From NCBI GenBank assembly GCA_963707395.1, contig CAVPPQ010000002.1:195474-259473 (forward strand): a DNA stretch of 64,000 nucleotides. The letters are read 5' to 3'. Below the pieces are notes generated by a model, which ran no database searches, was not told the DNA's origin, and was given only the letters and a program-made list of their open reading frames with translations. This document shows, piece after piece, positions 40,351 through 49,358 of the stretch. Numbering within the stretch: the first letter of the stretch is position 1; every line of letters starts with the position of its first letter. Position numbers and translations under genes: made by a program. The DNA is from an uncultured Chloroflexia bacterium (GTDB lineage: Bacteria > Chloroflexota > Limnocylindria > Limnocylindrales > CSP1-4).

Positions 40351-41373
40351 ATGGTCAGGCGTATCTCCGTGTGCGCGGCCGCAGGGCTGCTGACACTCAC
40401 CGTGACCGTGGGCGGTGCCGTGGCCGTCGCCCAGGACGAGCCCCTCAAGGTCTTCGGCGCCTATGCGACGGAGATCGAGGAGCCCTGGGACGGCGTCATC
40501 CACGCAGCGCTGCAGGCCGAGGCTGACGCCGGTCGCATCGAGTACACCTTCGCCGACGGCCTGGGCTACTCGGGTGACATGGAGTTGACCCTGCGCGAGG
40601 TCTCCGAGATCGACGTGCCGGACATCATCTTCGGCGACGCCTTCGGCAACGAGGAGGCCGTGCGTGCCGTGGCCGCCGACTATCCCGACATCGCCTACGT
40701 CTTCGGCTCCGGCGGCGGTCCCGCCGACCCCAACTTCAGTGTCTTCGACAACTGGATCCACGAGCCCGCCTACCTGGCCGGCATGCTCGCCGGCGGCCTG
40801 ACCGAGACGGGCATCATCGGTGTCGTGGGCGGCGTGCCCGTTCCTGAGGTCAACCGCATCACCAACGCCTTCGTCGCTGGCGCCCGTGACGTCAACCCGG
40901 AGGTGGAGGCCAAGGTCAGCTTCATCAACAGCTGGTTCGACCCGGCCGCGGCCAAGGAAGCCGCGCTGGCCCAGATCGACGCCGGCGCGGACGTCCTCTA
41001 CGCGGAGCGCTTCGGCGTCATCGAGGCCGCCGACGAGAACGACCTCATCGCCGTGGGCAACATGAGCGACCAGTCCGCGCTGGCACCGGACAACGTCGTC
41101 ACCAGCGTGACCTGGAACATGACCCCGACCGCCGAGTACGTCATCGAGCAGGTCGCCGGCGGGACCTACACCGCCCAGGACCTGAAGGACTTCAGCATGG
41201 TCGCCAAGGGCGGTGCCGCACTGGCGCCCATCAACACGGCGCTCGTGCGCGAGGTGCCCGCGGATCTCGTCGAACAGGTCAAGGCCCGGGAGGCGGAGAT
41301 CGTCTCCGGCGTCTTCCGGGTGGACATCAACGAGTCGACCCCGCCCGGCTCGGACATCCCGCCGGCCGAATAG
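40351..41373 (+). CDS. BMP-family ABC transporter substrate-binding lipoprotein (PnrA-like nucleoside receptor)
   Basis: Signal peptide MVRRISVCAAAGLLTLTV, then a BMP/Med-like sequence. Confidence 0.8.
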   Translation: MVRRISVCAAAGLLTLTVTVGGAVAVAQDEPLKVFGAYATEIEEPWDGVIHAALQAEADAGRIEYTFADGLGYSGDMELTLREVSEIDVPDIIFGDAFGNEEAVRAVAADYPDIAYVFGSGGGPADPNFSVFDNWIHEPAYLAGMLAGGLTETGIIGVVGGVPVPEVNRITNAFVAGARDVNPEVEAKVSFINSWFDPAAAKEAALAQIDAGADVLYAERFGVIEAADENDLIAVGNMSDQSALAPDNVVTSVTWNMTPTAEYVIEQVAGGTYTAQDLKDFSMVAKGGAALAPINTALVREVPADLVEQVKAREAEIVSGVFRVDINESTPPGSDIPPAE

Positions 41374-41393
41374 CCGCCCTCCCTCTCACCAGC

Positions 41394-42914
41394 ATGATCG
41401 GCGACGGCGGCCAGGGCGACCTGGCCGCCGATCTGCGAGGCATCAGCAAGCGCTTCGGCGACCTCATCGCCAACGACGAGGTGGACCTCTCGCTGGCGCG
41501 AGGCGAGGTGCATGCCCTGCTGGGCGAGAACGGCGCCGGCAAGACGACGCTGATGCGCATCCTCTACGGGCTCACCCGGATGGACAGCGGCAGCATCCTG
41601 ATCGGCGATCGACCAGTCAGCATCGGCTCGCCGCGGGACGCCATCGCGGCCGGGGTGGGCATGGTCACCCAGCACTTCTCGCTGGTGCAGCCCATGACCG
41701 TGACGGAGAACCTCGTGCTGGGGCGCGCGCGAGGCGCGCGGCTGGACCTGGCCGCCGGGCGCCGCTCCGTGGAGGCCGCCGCGGAGCGCTTCGGCATCGC
41801 GGTCCGGCCGGAGGCCATCGTCTCGGAGCTCTCGGTCGGCGAGCAGCAGCGCGTCGAGATCGTCAAGGCCCTGGCGCGTGACTGTCGCGTGCTCATCCTC
41901 GACGAGCCCACGGCCGTCCTCGTGCCCCACGAGGTGGAGGCCCTCTTCGAGACCCTGCGGCGCCTCGTTGGCGAGGGCCTTTCGGTGGTCTTCATCAGCC
42001 ACAAGCTGGGCGAGGTGCGCGCCATCAGCGACCGGGTCAGCGTCATGCGGCGCGGGCGCATGGTCGGCACCGCCCCCGGATCGACCGACGAGCGCGAGCT
42101 GGCACGGATGATGGTGGGCAGGCCGACCTTCGGTGTCGGGCAGCAGGAGACCATCTGGGGGGGCGGGGAGCCTCGACTCAAGGTCCGCGAGGTCTCGGCG
42201 CTGGGCGGTCACGGGCGGCCGGCCCTGCACGGCGTCTCACTGGAGGTGCACGCGGGTGAGATCCTCGGCGTCGCCGGTGTCTCAGGCAATGGCCAGACCG
42301 AGCTGGCCGAGGTCCTCTCGGGCATGCGCCCCGTGACCAGCGGCTCGGTCCTGGTGCACGAGCAAGAGCTGGCGGGGGCGGAACCGGCGGTCGTCATGGC
42401 CGCCGGCGTGGGACGCATCCCGGAGGACCGGCACGCCAGCCTGGTGCTGGATCTGCCCGTCTCGTTGAACCTCATCCTCGAGCACATCGACGATTTCACG
42501 CGCGGCGGCCGCCTCGACCGTCGCGCTGTGGATGTCCACGCTCGAGAGCTCATCGAGCGCTACCGCATCAAGGCCCAGCCCGATGACCGCGTGGCCACCC
42601 TGTCCGGCGGCAACATCCAGAAGGTGCTCCTGGCACGGGTGCTGTCACGCGACCCGCACGTCATCGTCGTCTCACAGCCCACGCGCGGCCTGGACGTGGG
42701 CGCCAGCGAGTACGTGCGCGAGGAGCTCCTGGCGCACCGTCGCGACGGGGCGGCCATCCTGCTCATCTCCGAGGACCTCGACGAGCTGCTCTCCCTGTCC
42801 GACCGCATCGTGGTGCTCTACGAAGGTCGGGTCGTGGGCCGCATGGCGGCCTCGCAGGCCGAGCCGGAGCAGCTGGGCATGCTCATGGCCGGGCGCGGCC
42901 AGGCCGCGGCATGA
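41394..42914 (+). CDS. ABC transporter ATP-binding protein with two tandem nucleotide-binding domains (nucleoside/sugar importer type)
   Basis: Walker A GENGAGKTT in NBD1. Degenerate second NBD typical of NupA/RnsA-type proteins. 506 aa. Confidence 0.85.
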   Translation: MIGDGGQGDLAADLRGISKRFGDLIANDEVDLSLARGEVHALLGENGAGKTTLMRILYGLTRMDSGSILIGDRPVSIGSPRDAIAAGVGMVTQHFSLVQPMTVTENLVLGRARGARLDLAAGRRSVEAAAERFGIAVRPEAIVSELSVGEQQRVEIVKALARDCRVLILDEPTAVLVPHEVEALFETLRRLVGEGLSVVFISHKLGEVRAISDRVSVMRRGRMVGTAPGSTDERELARMMVGRPTFGVGQQETIWGGGEPRLKVREVSALGGHGRPALHGVSLEVHAGEILGVAGVSGNGQTELAEVLSGMRPVTSGSVLVHEQELAGAEPAVVMAAGVGRIPEDRHASLVLDLPVSLNLILEHIDDFTRGGRLDRRAVDVHARELIERYRIKAQPDDRVATLSGGNIQKVLLARVLSRDPHVIVVSQPTRGLDVGASEYVREELLAHRRDGAAILLISEDLDELLSLSDRIVVLYEGRVVGRMAASQAEPEQLGMLMAGRGQAAA

Positions 42915-44058
42915 CGCTGGAGGCCCGTCGGGCCGCAGAGACACGCTTCGGACGCACGGGGACCATCATCCTGGGGGCCCTGGTGGCCGTCCTGGCGGTG
43001 ACCGGGGGCGCCTTCATCATCGCCGGCGCCAACCCGGTCGATGCCACCTTCGCCTACTTCGTCGCGCCGCTGACCCGCGAGTTCACGCTCTGGGAGGTCC
43101 TCAATGTCTCGACGCCGCTGCTCTTCGCGGGCGCGGCCGTGGCCATCGCCTTCCGGAGCGGCTACTGGAACATCGGTGTCGAAGGACAGCTGCTGATGGG
43201 TGCCGTGGCCGCGGCCGGCATCGGCCAGGTCGTGCACGGCTGGCCATCCATCGTGGTGCTGCCGCTCATGATCGTGGCCGGCGCACTGGCCGGCGCGGCA
43301 TGGGCCCTTGTGCCAGCCCTCCTGCGCGTGCGCCTGGGCATCGACGAGGTCGTCACCACGCTGCTCCTGAACCCCGTGGCGCTGCTGGTCGTGGAGGCCC
43401 TCCTCCACGGGCCATGGACGGACCCGGAGACCGGCTTCCCGGAATCGCCGCGCATCGCCGAAGCCGCCGAGTTCCCCAAGCTGGCGGCCTTCCTGCCCTT
43501 CCTGGGCAAGTCGCGGCTGCACATCGGGTTCATCATCGCCATCGTCATCATCGTCGCCGCCTGGTGGGTGCTGAGCCGCACTTCGACGGGCCTGCGCGTG
43601 CGTGCCGTGGGCCTCTCGCCACACGGGGCGCGCTTCGCCGGGATCAAGGTCGAGCGGACGCTCCTGCGGGTGGCGCTCATCAGCGGCGCGGTGGCCGGCG
43701 TGGCCGGCGTGAGCGAGGTGGCCGGCATCCAGTTCCGCCTCACAGCGGGCATCTCGCCGGGCTTCGGCTACACGGGCATCGTGGTGGCCATGCTGGGCGG
43801 CCTGACCATGCCCGGCGTCCTCCTGGCCGGCCTGCTGCTGGGCGACCTCGCCGTGGGCGCCTCGTCTGCGGTGCGCAGCCTGCAGATCCTTCACAGCTGG
43901 GGGCCGTGGTCGAGGGCACCCTGTTGCTGGTCGTCATCGGGGCCCTGGCGCTGCGCCGGGCCAGGTCGCGACAGGAGGATGAGCGCCCCGCCGACGAGGG
44001 TGAGCCGCCGCCGGCCGAGCCCAAGTCCATGGCGTCCGCCGAGGGGCCGCCGGGATGA
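42911..44058 (+). pseudogene. ABC transporter permease (BMP-system, NupB-like) with single-base frameshift near 43883-43888 (pseudogene or homopolymer sequencing error)
   Basis: Frame A encodes the permease up to …AVRSLQI, then degenerates into Cys/Trp nonsense. Frame B (ORF 42532..44058) carries the proper end …PSQLGAVVEGTLLLVVIGALALRR and an ATGA overlap with the next permease. One extra C in cagatCCttca restores it. Confidence 0.6.
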
Positions 44059-44969
44059 ACTTCCTGGCTGACATCCTGGCGGCCACGTTCCGCAACGCCA
44101 CGCCGCTCGTCTACGGCACGGTCGGGGAGACCTACGCGGAGCGGTCCGGCGTCCTCAACCTGGGCATCGAGGGCACGATGTACGCGGGAGCCTTCTTCGG
44201 CTTCGCCGTGGCCTTCCAGACTGGGAACCCCCTGGTCGGTCTCGTCGCCGCGATCGTCGTGGGCATGGTCGCAGGCGGCCTCATGGGGCTGCTCACGGTG
44301 ACGCTGGGAGCCAACCAGCACGTCAGCGGCCTGGGTCTGACCATCGGCCTCATCGGCATCTCCGAGTTCGCCAACCGGCTCATCTTCTCGGGCGACACGC
44401 TGGCCCGCATCGAGCCCATGCCGCTCTGGGATCCGCTGGCCGGCCTGGGTGACATCGGCACGATAGCCAACCAGTACGGCCTGACCTACCTGGCCTTCCT
44501 GGTCGTGGTGCCCGTGGCCTGGTGGGTGCTGAGCCGAACGCCGCTGGGCCTGTCGATCCGCGCCGTGGGCGAGAACCCCGAGGCGGCCGACGTGGCCGGC
44601 ATCAGCGTCTTCCGCATCCGCTATGTGGCGCTCATGATCGGTGGCGCGCTGATGGCGGTGGGCGGCGCATTCATCACGCTCTCGATGCTGGGCACCTTCA
44701 CCCTGGACATCATCGCCGGGCGCGGTTGGGTGTGCATCGCGCTCGTCATCTTCGGGCGCTGGCGCATCTTCCGCGGCGTGCTCGGCGCACTCGTCTTCGC
44801 GGCGGTCTTCTCGCTGGGCCTGCGCTTGCGCATCACGCCCGGCTTCGAGGGCGTGCCCAACGAGCTCATGCTGGCCCTGCCGTACGTGGTGGTCATCGCG
44901 GCGCTCGCCCTGTCGGGCCGCAACGTGCCATATCCCGGCGCCTACCTGAAGGCATACCGTCGTACCTAG
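44055..44969 (+). CDS. ABC transporter permease (BMP-system, NupC-like)
   Basis: 304 aa, polytopic, branched-chain/ribose-permease-like. Confidence 0.8.
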   Translation: MNFLADILAATFRNATPLVYGTVGETYAERSGVLNLGIEGTMYAGAFFGFAVAFQTGNPLVGLVAAIVVGMVAGGLMGLLTVTLGANQHVSGLGLTIGLIGISEFANRLIFSGDTLARIEPMPLWDPLAGLGDIGTIANQYGLTYLAFLVVVPVAWWVLSRTPLGLSIRAVGENPEAADVAGISVFRIRYVALMIGGALMAVGGAFITLSMLGTFTLDIIAGRGWVCIALVIFGRWRIFRGVLGALVFAAVFSLGLRLRITPGFEGVPNELMLALPYVVVIAALALSGRNVPYPGAYLKAYRRT

Positions 44970-45024
44970 GCAGGAGCCGGGCAGCGCCGCAGGGCGCCCA
45001 CGGCAACCATCAGAAGGAGGGCAC

Positions 45025-45471
45025 ATGGACGACCAGGGATTCATGAAGATCGCCATCGAGGAGGCCGCCCGCGGGCTCTCGGAAGGCGGGGTGCCCGTCG
45101 GCGCGGCTCTCGTGGCCGACGGCAAGGTCCTGGGCTCAGGCCACAACCGGCGCGTCCAGCAGGGCAGCGCCATCCGCCACGGCGAGACGGACTGCCTGGA
45201 GAACATCGGGCGGCTGCACGCCTCGGTCTATCGGCGGGCCACGATGTACACGACGCTGTCACCCTGCGACATGTGCACGGGCGCCATCCTGCTGTACGGG
45301 ATCCCGCGCGTCGTCGTGGGCGAGAACGAGACGTTCATGGGTGGCGAAGGTCACCTGCGCTCGCGGGGCGTGGAGGTGGTGAACCTCGATTCGGCCGACT
45401 GCAAGGCGCTCATGGCCGAGTTCATCGCTCGCTACCCGGATATCTGGAATGAGGACATCGGGCAGGAGTGA
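45025..45471 (+). CDS. cytosine deaminase, Fcy1-like (CDA-fold zinc deaminase)
   Basis: HGE…SPCDMCTGAI zinc motifs. Overall very similar to my recollection of yeast Fcy1, including the YTTLSPCDMCTGAI and GIPR(V/C)VVGEN blocks. Confidence 0.8.
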   Translation: MDDQGFMKIAIEEAARGLSEGGVPVGAALVADGKVLGSGHNRRVQQGSAIRHGETDCLENIGRLHASVYRRATMYTTLSPCDMCTGAILLYGIPRVVVGENETFMGGEGHLRSRGVEVVNLDSADCKALMAEFIARYPDIWNEDIGQE

Positions 45472-45531
45472 CGCGCCGCCGCCCCCCGCGCCGTCCGGGT
45501 CAGCCGAGCCGGGCCGAGGCTGTGGGCCGGC

Positions 45532-46023
45532 CTACCCCTCCTCGGTTCGGTCCAGCGCGGCCTGGATCTGCGCCTCGGCCTCCGCGTCCAGGGTGGTCTG
45601 GTAGACCTTGCCCTTGTACGGCTCCAGGGCGCCGACCACGGCGGACGCATTGCCGGTGCCGAGCACGAAGAGGGCGGACGTGCCCGCGGTCAGGTCGCGG
45701 GTGACATCCTCGACGAGCTTCTTGTCGACGTTGTGGTGCAACGAGCGGCCGATGACCCCGCCGATGGCAGCTCCGATGGCGAGACCGGCCACGGGGAAGA
45801 AGACCAGTCCAAGCAGGAGGCCCAGCGCACCGCCGACCACGGCTCCCCCGGCCGTGGTGCGGTCGAAGCCGTGGTGGACGTGGACCTTGCCATCGGCGTC
45901 CTTCTCGACCACCGCCACGTCGTCGATCTGCGCGCCGTGGGCGCTCTGCAGCGACTTGAGCCGTTCACAGGCCTGCCCGGCGCTCTCGCGGTCCTCGAAC
46001 GTGATGACCAGCAGTTGACTCAT
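45532..46023 (-). CDS. DUF1269 family membrane protein (soluble N-domain plus glycine-zipper TM segment)
   Basis: TAGGAVVGGALGLLLGLVFFPVAGLAIGAAIGGVIG GxxxG-rich segment. Confidence 0.7.
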   Translation of the reverse strand: MSQLLVITFEDRESAGQACERLKSLQSAHGAQIDDVAVVEKDADGKVHVHHGFDRTTAGGAVVGGALGLLLGLVFFPVAGLAIGAAIGGVIGRSLHHNVDKKLVEDVTRDLTAGTSALFVLGTGNASAVVGALEPYKGKVYQTTLDAEAEAQIQAALDRTEEG

Positions 46024-46146
46024 GGAGGCGCTCCTTTCTGACGCAGGCCTCGAGTGTATCGCCGCACGCCCTCCTGCGGCTCACGACCGCGCCTTCCGGA
46101 GCGACGTTCGACCGAACACTTGCCGTTCGCCACGCGGGCGGTGACG

Positions 46147-46548
46147 TCACGTCCGTTCCAGGACGACCTCGTTGACGGCGCCCTCGACGATCGTCCAGGC
46201 GCGCACCTCGGGCGGCTCGCCCAGGAAGGAGCAGAGCACGTAGAGCGCGTCGGGGTAGGCCGCCAGGCCGACGTCGGTGGCCGAGGGCCGTGGCGGCGAG
46301 GCGACGTGGGAGTGGACGATGGCCCAGATCACCTCGTCCGCGTCGTCGATCTCGAGCATGACGCGCAGCTGCTCGTCGGGGTCCATGAGATAGCGATAGG
46401 GAGAGGCAGCCGCGTTGCGCATGCCCACGAAACGCGTCGGGACGCCGCCGTCCTCGGGGGTCCGGTCGGAGACGAGGAGTCCGCAGCCCTCGTTGGGCAG
46501 GGCGTCCCGCAGCCAGTCGACGAGCTCGTCGCGGATGCGGGGCGACAT
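46147..46548 (-). CDS. mec: JAMM/MPN+ metalloprotease, Mec+-like (CysO C-terminal processing and cysteine release)
   Basis: JAMM motif E…HSHVASPPRPSATD; Mec-like N-terminus (RIRDELVDWLRDALPNEGCG). Start set at the internal ATG; the ORF could extend upstream to 46746. Confidence 0.7.
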   Translation of the reverse strand: MSPRIRDELVDWLRDALPNEGCGLLVSDRTPEDGGVPTRFVGMRNAAASPYRYLMDPDEQLRVMLEIDDADEVIWAIVHSHVASPPRPSATDVGLAAYPDALYVLCSFLGEPPEVRAWTIVEGAVNEVVLERT

Positions 46549-46866
46549 GGCGGCCGAGGCCGGCGTCCACGGCGGGCCGGCGCCGCGGCCGACGGCACCC
46601 CAGTCGGCCAGGTGGCGTTCCTCCGCGACCGCGCCCAGGTCGGCCGCCCGTTGCCAGGCCGCGACTCCGGGGACGGAGGCATCGCCCGTGACCGCCGGCT
46701 CGTGAGCCTCGGAGCGGATCGGAGACGCGCCGGCGCCGGAGGCCACGCCCGTGCCAGGACCCTGGCCGGTGCCGAGGATCCTCGCGGGTGCCGGGATCCT
46801 CGCCGGTGCTGGGGTCCTCGCGGGTGCTGGGGTCCTCGCCAGAGGTCGGGCCCCGGTCGCTGTCGC

Positions 46867-47886
46867 TCACCACAGGTTCAGGCTGTCCACGACATCCTCG
46901 TCGGCGTCGAGATCACGCGTCCAGATGTCCTCGCTGAGGTACTTCCAGCCACCGTCGGCGAGGAGCGCGACGATCGTGCCGCGCTCCATCTCGCGAGCCA
47001 GCTGCTTGGCCGCCACCATGACCGCGCCACAGGAGACGCCGGCGAAGATGCCCTCGCGGTCGGTGAGCTCGCGCAGCGCCTCGATGGCCTGCGCGTTGGA
47101 AACGAGGAGCCGGCCGTCCAGCACGGAGGCATCGAAGATCTCCGGGATGAAGCCCTCCTCCAGCGAGCGCAGGCCCTGGACGCGCTCGCCGGGCAGCGGC
47201 TCCGCGGCATAGATGCGCACGTCGGGGTTGTGCCGCCGCAACCGCCGGCCCACGCCCATGAGCGTGCCGCCGGTGCCCAAACCAGCCACGAAGGCGTCCA
47301 CCTCCGGACAGTCGGCGATGATCTCCTCCGCGGTGGTCTCCTCGTGCGCCCGCGGATTGGCTTCGTTGCCGTACTGGTAGGGCATCACGAAGCGCGCGTC
47401 CCTGGCCACGAGGTGCTTGGCCAGCGCGATCGCCCCATTTGAGCCCAGGTGGCCCGGCGAGTCGATGACCTCCGCGCCGAAGAGCGCCAGCAACTGGCGC
47501 CGTTCCATGGTCACGTTGTCCGGCACCACGACGGCCACGCGATAGCCCTTGCGGCGCGCGATCATGGCCAGCCCGATGCCGGTATTGCCGCTGGTGGGCT
47601 CGATGATGATGGAGTCCGGCCGCAGGCGGCCGGCGCGCTCCAGGTCCTCGATGAGGTACTTGGCGACGCGGTCCTTGACCGACCCCGTCGGGTTCATGAA
47701 CTCCAGCTTGGCGTAGAGCCGCACGTTGGGATTGGGGCAGACGTTGGGGACCTCCACCAGCGGCGTGAAGCCGATGGCGTCCACGATGGACGGGAAGCGG
47801 CCCCCGTGTCGCGCGTTGCCGCCGTGGGCATGCGGCCGCAGAGCGTCGACCTCGACCCCGGACGGCCGCTCCGACGTCGCCGTCAC
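46867..47886 (-). CDS. cysM: cysteine synthase, CysM-type (CysO-thiocarboxylate-dependent O-phosphoserine sulfhydrylase-like)
   Basis: PLP lysine region NPTGSVKDR, and GTGGT glycine loop. GTG start. Confidence 0.85.
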   Translation of the reverse strand: MTATSERPSGVEVDALRPHAHGGNARHGGRFPSIVDAIGFTPLVEVPNVCPNPNVRLYAKLEFMNPTGSVKDRVAKYLIEDLERAGRLRPDSIIIEPTSGNTGIGLAMIARRKGYRVAVVVPDNVTMERRQLLALFGAEVIDSPGHLGSNGAIALAKHLVARDARFVMPYQYGNEANPRAHEETTAEEIIADCPEVDAFVAGLGTGGTLMGVGRRLRRHNPDVRIYAAEPLPGERVQGLRSLEEGFIPEIFDASVLDGRLLVSNAQAIEALRELTDREGIFAGVSCGAVMVAAKQLAREMERGTIVALLADGGWKYLSEDIWTRDLDADEDVVDSLNLW

Positions 47887-47898
47887 GAGCGTGGCGCC

Positions 47899-48174
47899 CT
47901 ACCGGCCTCCGGCCATGGCCGGCAGAAGGATGACCTCGTCGGCAGCGGCGACCGGGGTCTCCAGGCCCTGCTCGTAGCGCACGTCGCGGCCGTTGACGTA
48001 GACGTTGACGAAGCGGTTCAGCTCGCCGTCGGCGGAGAAGACCTGCTCGCGGAGGCCGGGGTGCAGCTCCAGCAGCGACGTGAGGGCCTCACCGACGGTC
48101 GCGCCACTCACCTCGACGCGCTTCTGGTTGCCGGCCTGTGCGCGCAGCACGGGCGGGATGCGGACCGCGGTCAT
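47899..48174 (-). CDS. cysO: sulfur-carrier protein CysO (MoaD/ThiS family) with one residue (Arg) after the Gly-Gly
   Basis: 91 aa. The C-terminal two-thirds (RFVNVYVNGRDVRY…VILLPAMAGG-R) closely match my recollection of the M. tuberculosis CysO C-terminus (RFVNIYVNDEDVRF…SVTILPAVAGG). ATGA overlap with the upstream E1 gene. Confidence 0.8.
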   Translation of the reverse strand: MTAVRIPPVLRAQAGNQKRVEVSGATVGEALTSLLELHPGLREQVFSADGELNRFVNVYVNGRDVRYEQGLETPVAAADEVILLPAMAGGR

Positions 48175-49358
48175 GCACTCGCCTCCATCGTGGTCGGAAG
48201 GTTCAGGGGGAAGGTGAAGACGCCATCGGCGGCCTCGGGCGCCGGCAGCTCGCCATCGCCGCAGGCGGGGCAATGCGGGTCGCGCCGCAGCTGCAGCTCG
48301 CTGAAGGAGCCGTCCAGGGCGTCGTAGATGAGCAGGCGCCCGGCCAGCGAGTCGCCGATGGCGAGGAGGACCTTGATGCCTTCCGTGGCCTGCAGGAGGC
48401 CCATGACGCCGGGCACGACACCCAGGACGCCGGCCACCGAACAGCCCGGCGCCAGCTCGGGGGGCGGCGGGGTCGGGTAGAGGCAGCGATAGCAGGGCCC
48501 CTCGTGAGGCGTGAAGACGGTCAGCTGGCCCTCGAAGCGGAAGACGGAGGCGTGCACGACAGGGATGCCGGCGCGCACGGCAGCATCGTTGAGCGTGTAG
48601 CGCGTCTCGAAGGTATCGGTGCCATCGAAGATGAGGTCGTACCCGGCGATGAGACGCTCCACGTTGTCCGGTCCGAGCATCTCCTCGAAGGTCTCGACGC
48701 GAACGTCCGGGTTGAGCTCCCGGATGGTCTGCGCGGCCGACTCCGTCTTCTTCATGCCCACCCGGTCGGCGCGGTGGACGACCTGGCGCTGCAGGTTGGA
48801 GACGTCCACGACGTCGAAGTCGACGATACCGATGGTGCCCACGCCGGCTGCGGCCAGGTAGAGCATGGCCGGAGAGCCCAGGCCGCCGGCGCCGATGAAG
48901 AGCACCCGTGAGCCGAGGAGCTTGGCCTGGCCGGCCGCGCCGACCTCCGGGATGAGCAGGTGGCGCGAGTAGCGCTGCTTCTGCTCGCTGGTCAGCAGCA
49001 CGGGTTGCGTGAAGGGGCGACCCTCCGACTTCCAGGCCTGGAAGCCGCCGCTCATGGAGGCCACATCGGTGTAGCCCATGGCCTGCAGCGTCTGGGCCGC
49101 GAAGAGCGAGCGGATGCCGCCCGCGCAGTAGAGGATGACCGGCACCTCGCGGTCCGGGGCGAGGCCCTCGATCTCCTGTTCGATGAACGATTTCGAGACG
49201 TGATGGGCGCCGCCGATGTGCCCTTGCTCCCACTCGCTGACCTCGCGGACGTCGACCAGGACGGCGCCTTCCCGCGTGGCGCGCTCCGTCTGTGCCGTGG
49301 TCACCTCGCGAACGGCGGCGCGGGCATCGCGCAGCAGGTCGCGGTACGACTTGCTCAT
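48171..49358 (-). CDS. moeZ: MoeZ/MoeB-like E1 sulfurtransferase with inverted domain order (N-terminal rhodanese, C-terminal ThiF/E1 domain with CxxC…CxxC)
   Basis: Residues about 1-125 are a rhodanese domain (active-site CAGGIRS). E1 Rossmann motif LFIGAGGLGS follows. Zinc cysteines CYRC…CPAC. Start set at MSKSYRDLL. Confidence 0.8.
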   Translation of the reverse strand: MSKSYRDLLRDARAAVREVTTAQTERATREGAVLVDVREVSEWEQGHIGGAHHVSKSFIEQEIEGLAPDREVPVILYCAGGIRSLFAAQTLQAMGYTDVASMSGGFQAWKSEGRPFTQPVLLTSEQKQRYSRHLLIPEVGAAGQAKLLGSRVLFIGAGGLGSPAMLYLAAAGVGTIGIVDFDVVDVSNLQRQVVHRADRVGMKKTESAAQTIRELNPDVRVETFEEMLGPDNVERLIAGYDLIFDGTDTFETRYTLNDAAVRAGIPVVHASVFRFEGQLTVFTPHEGPCYRCLYPTPPPPELAPGCSVAGVLGVVPGVMGLLQATEGIKVLLAIGDSLAGRLLIYDALDGSFSELQLRRDPHCPACGDGELPAPEAADGVFTFPLNLPTTMEASA

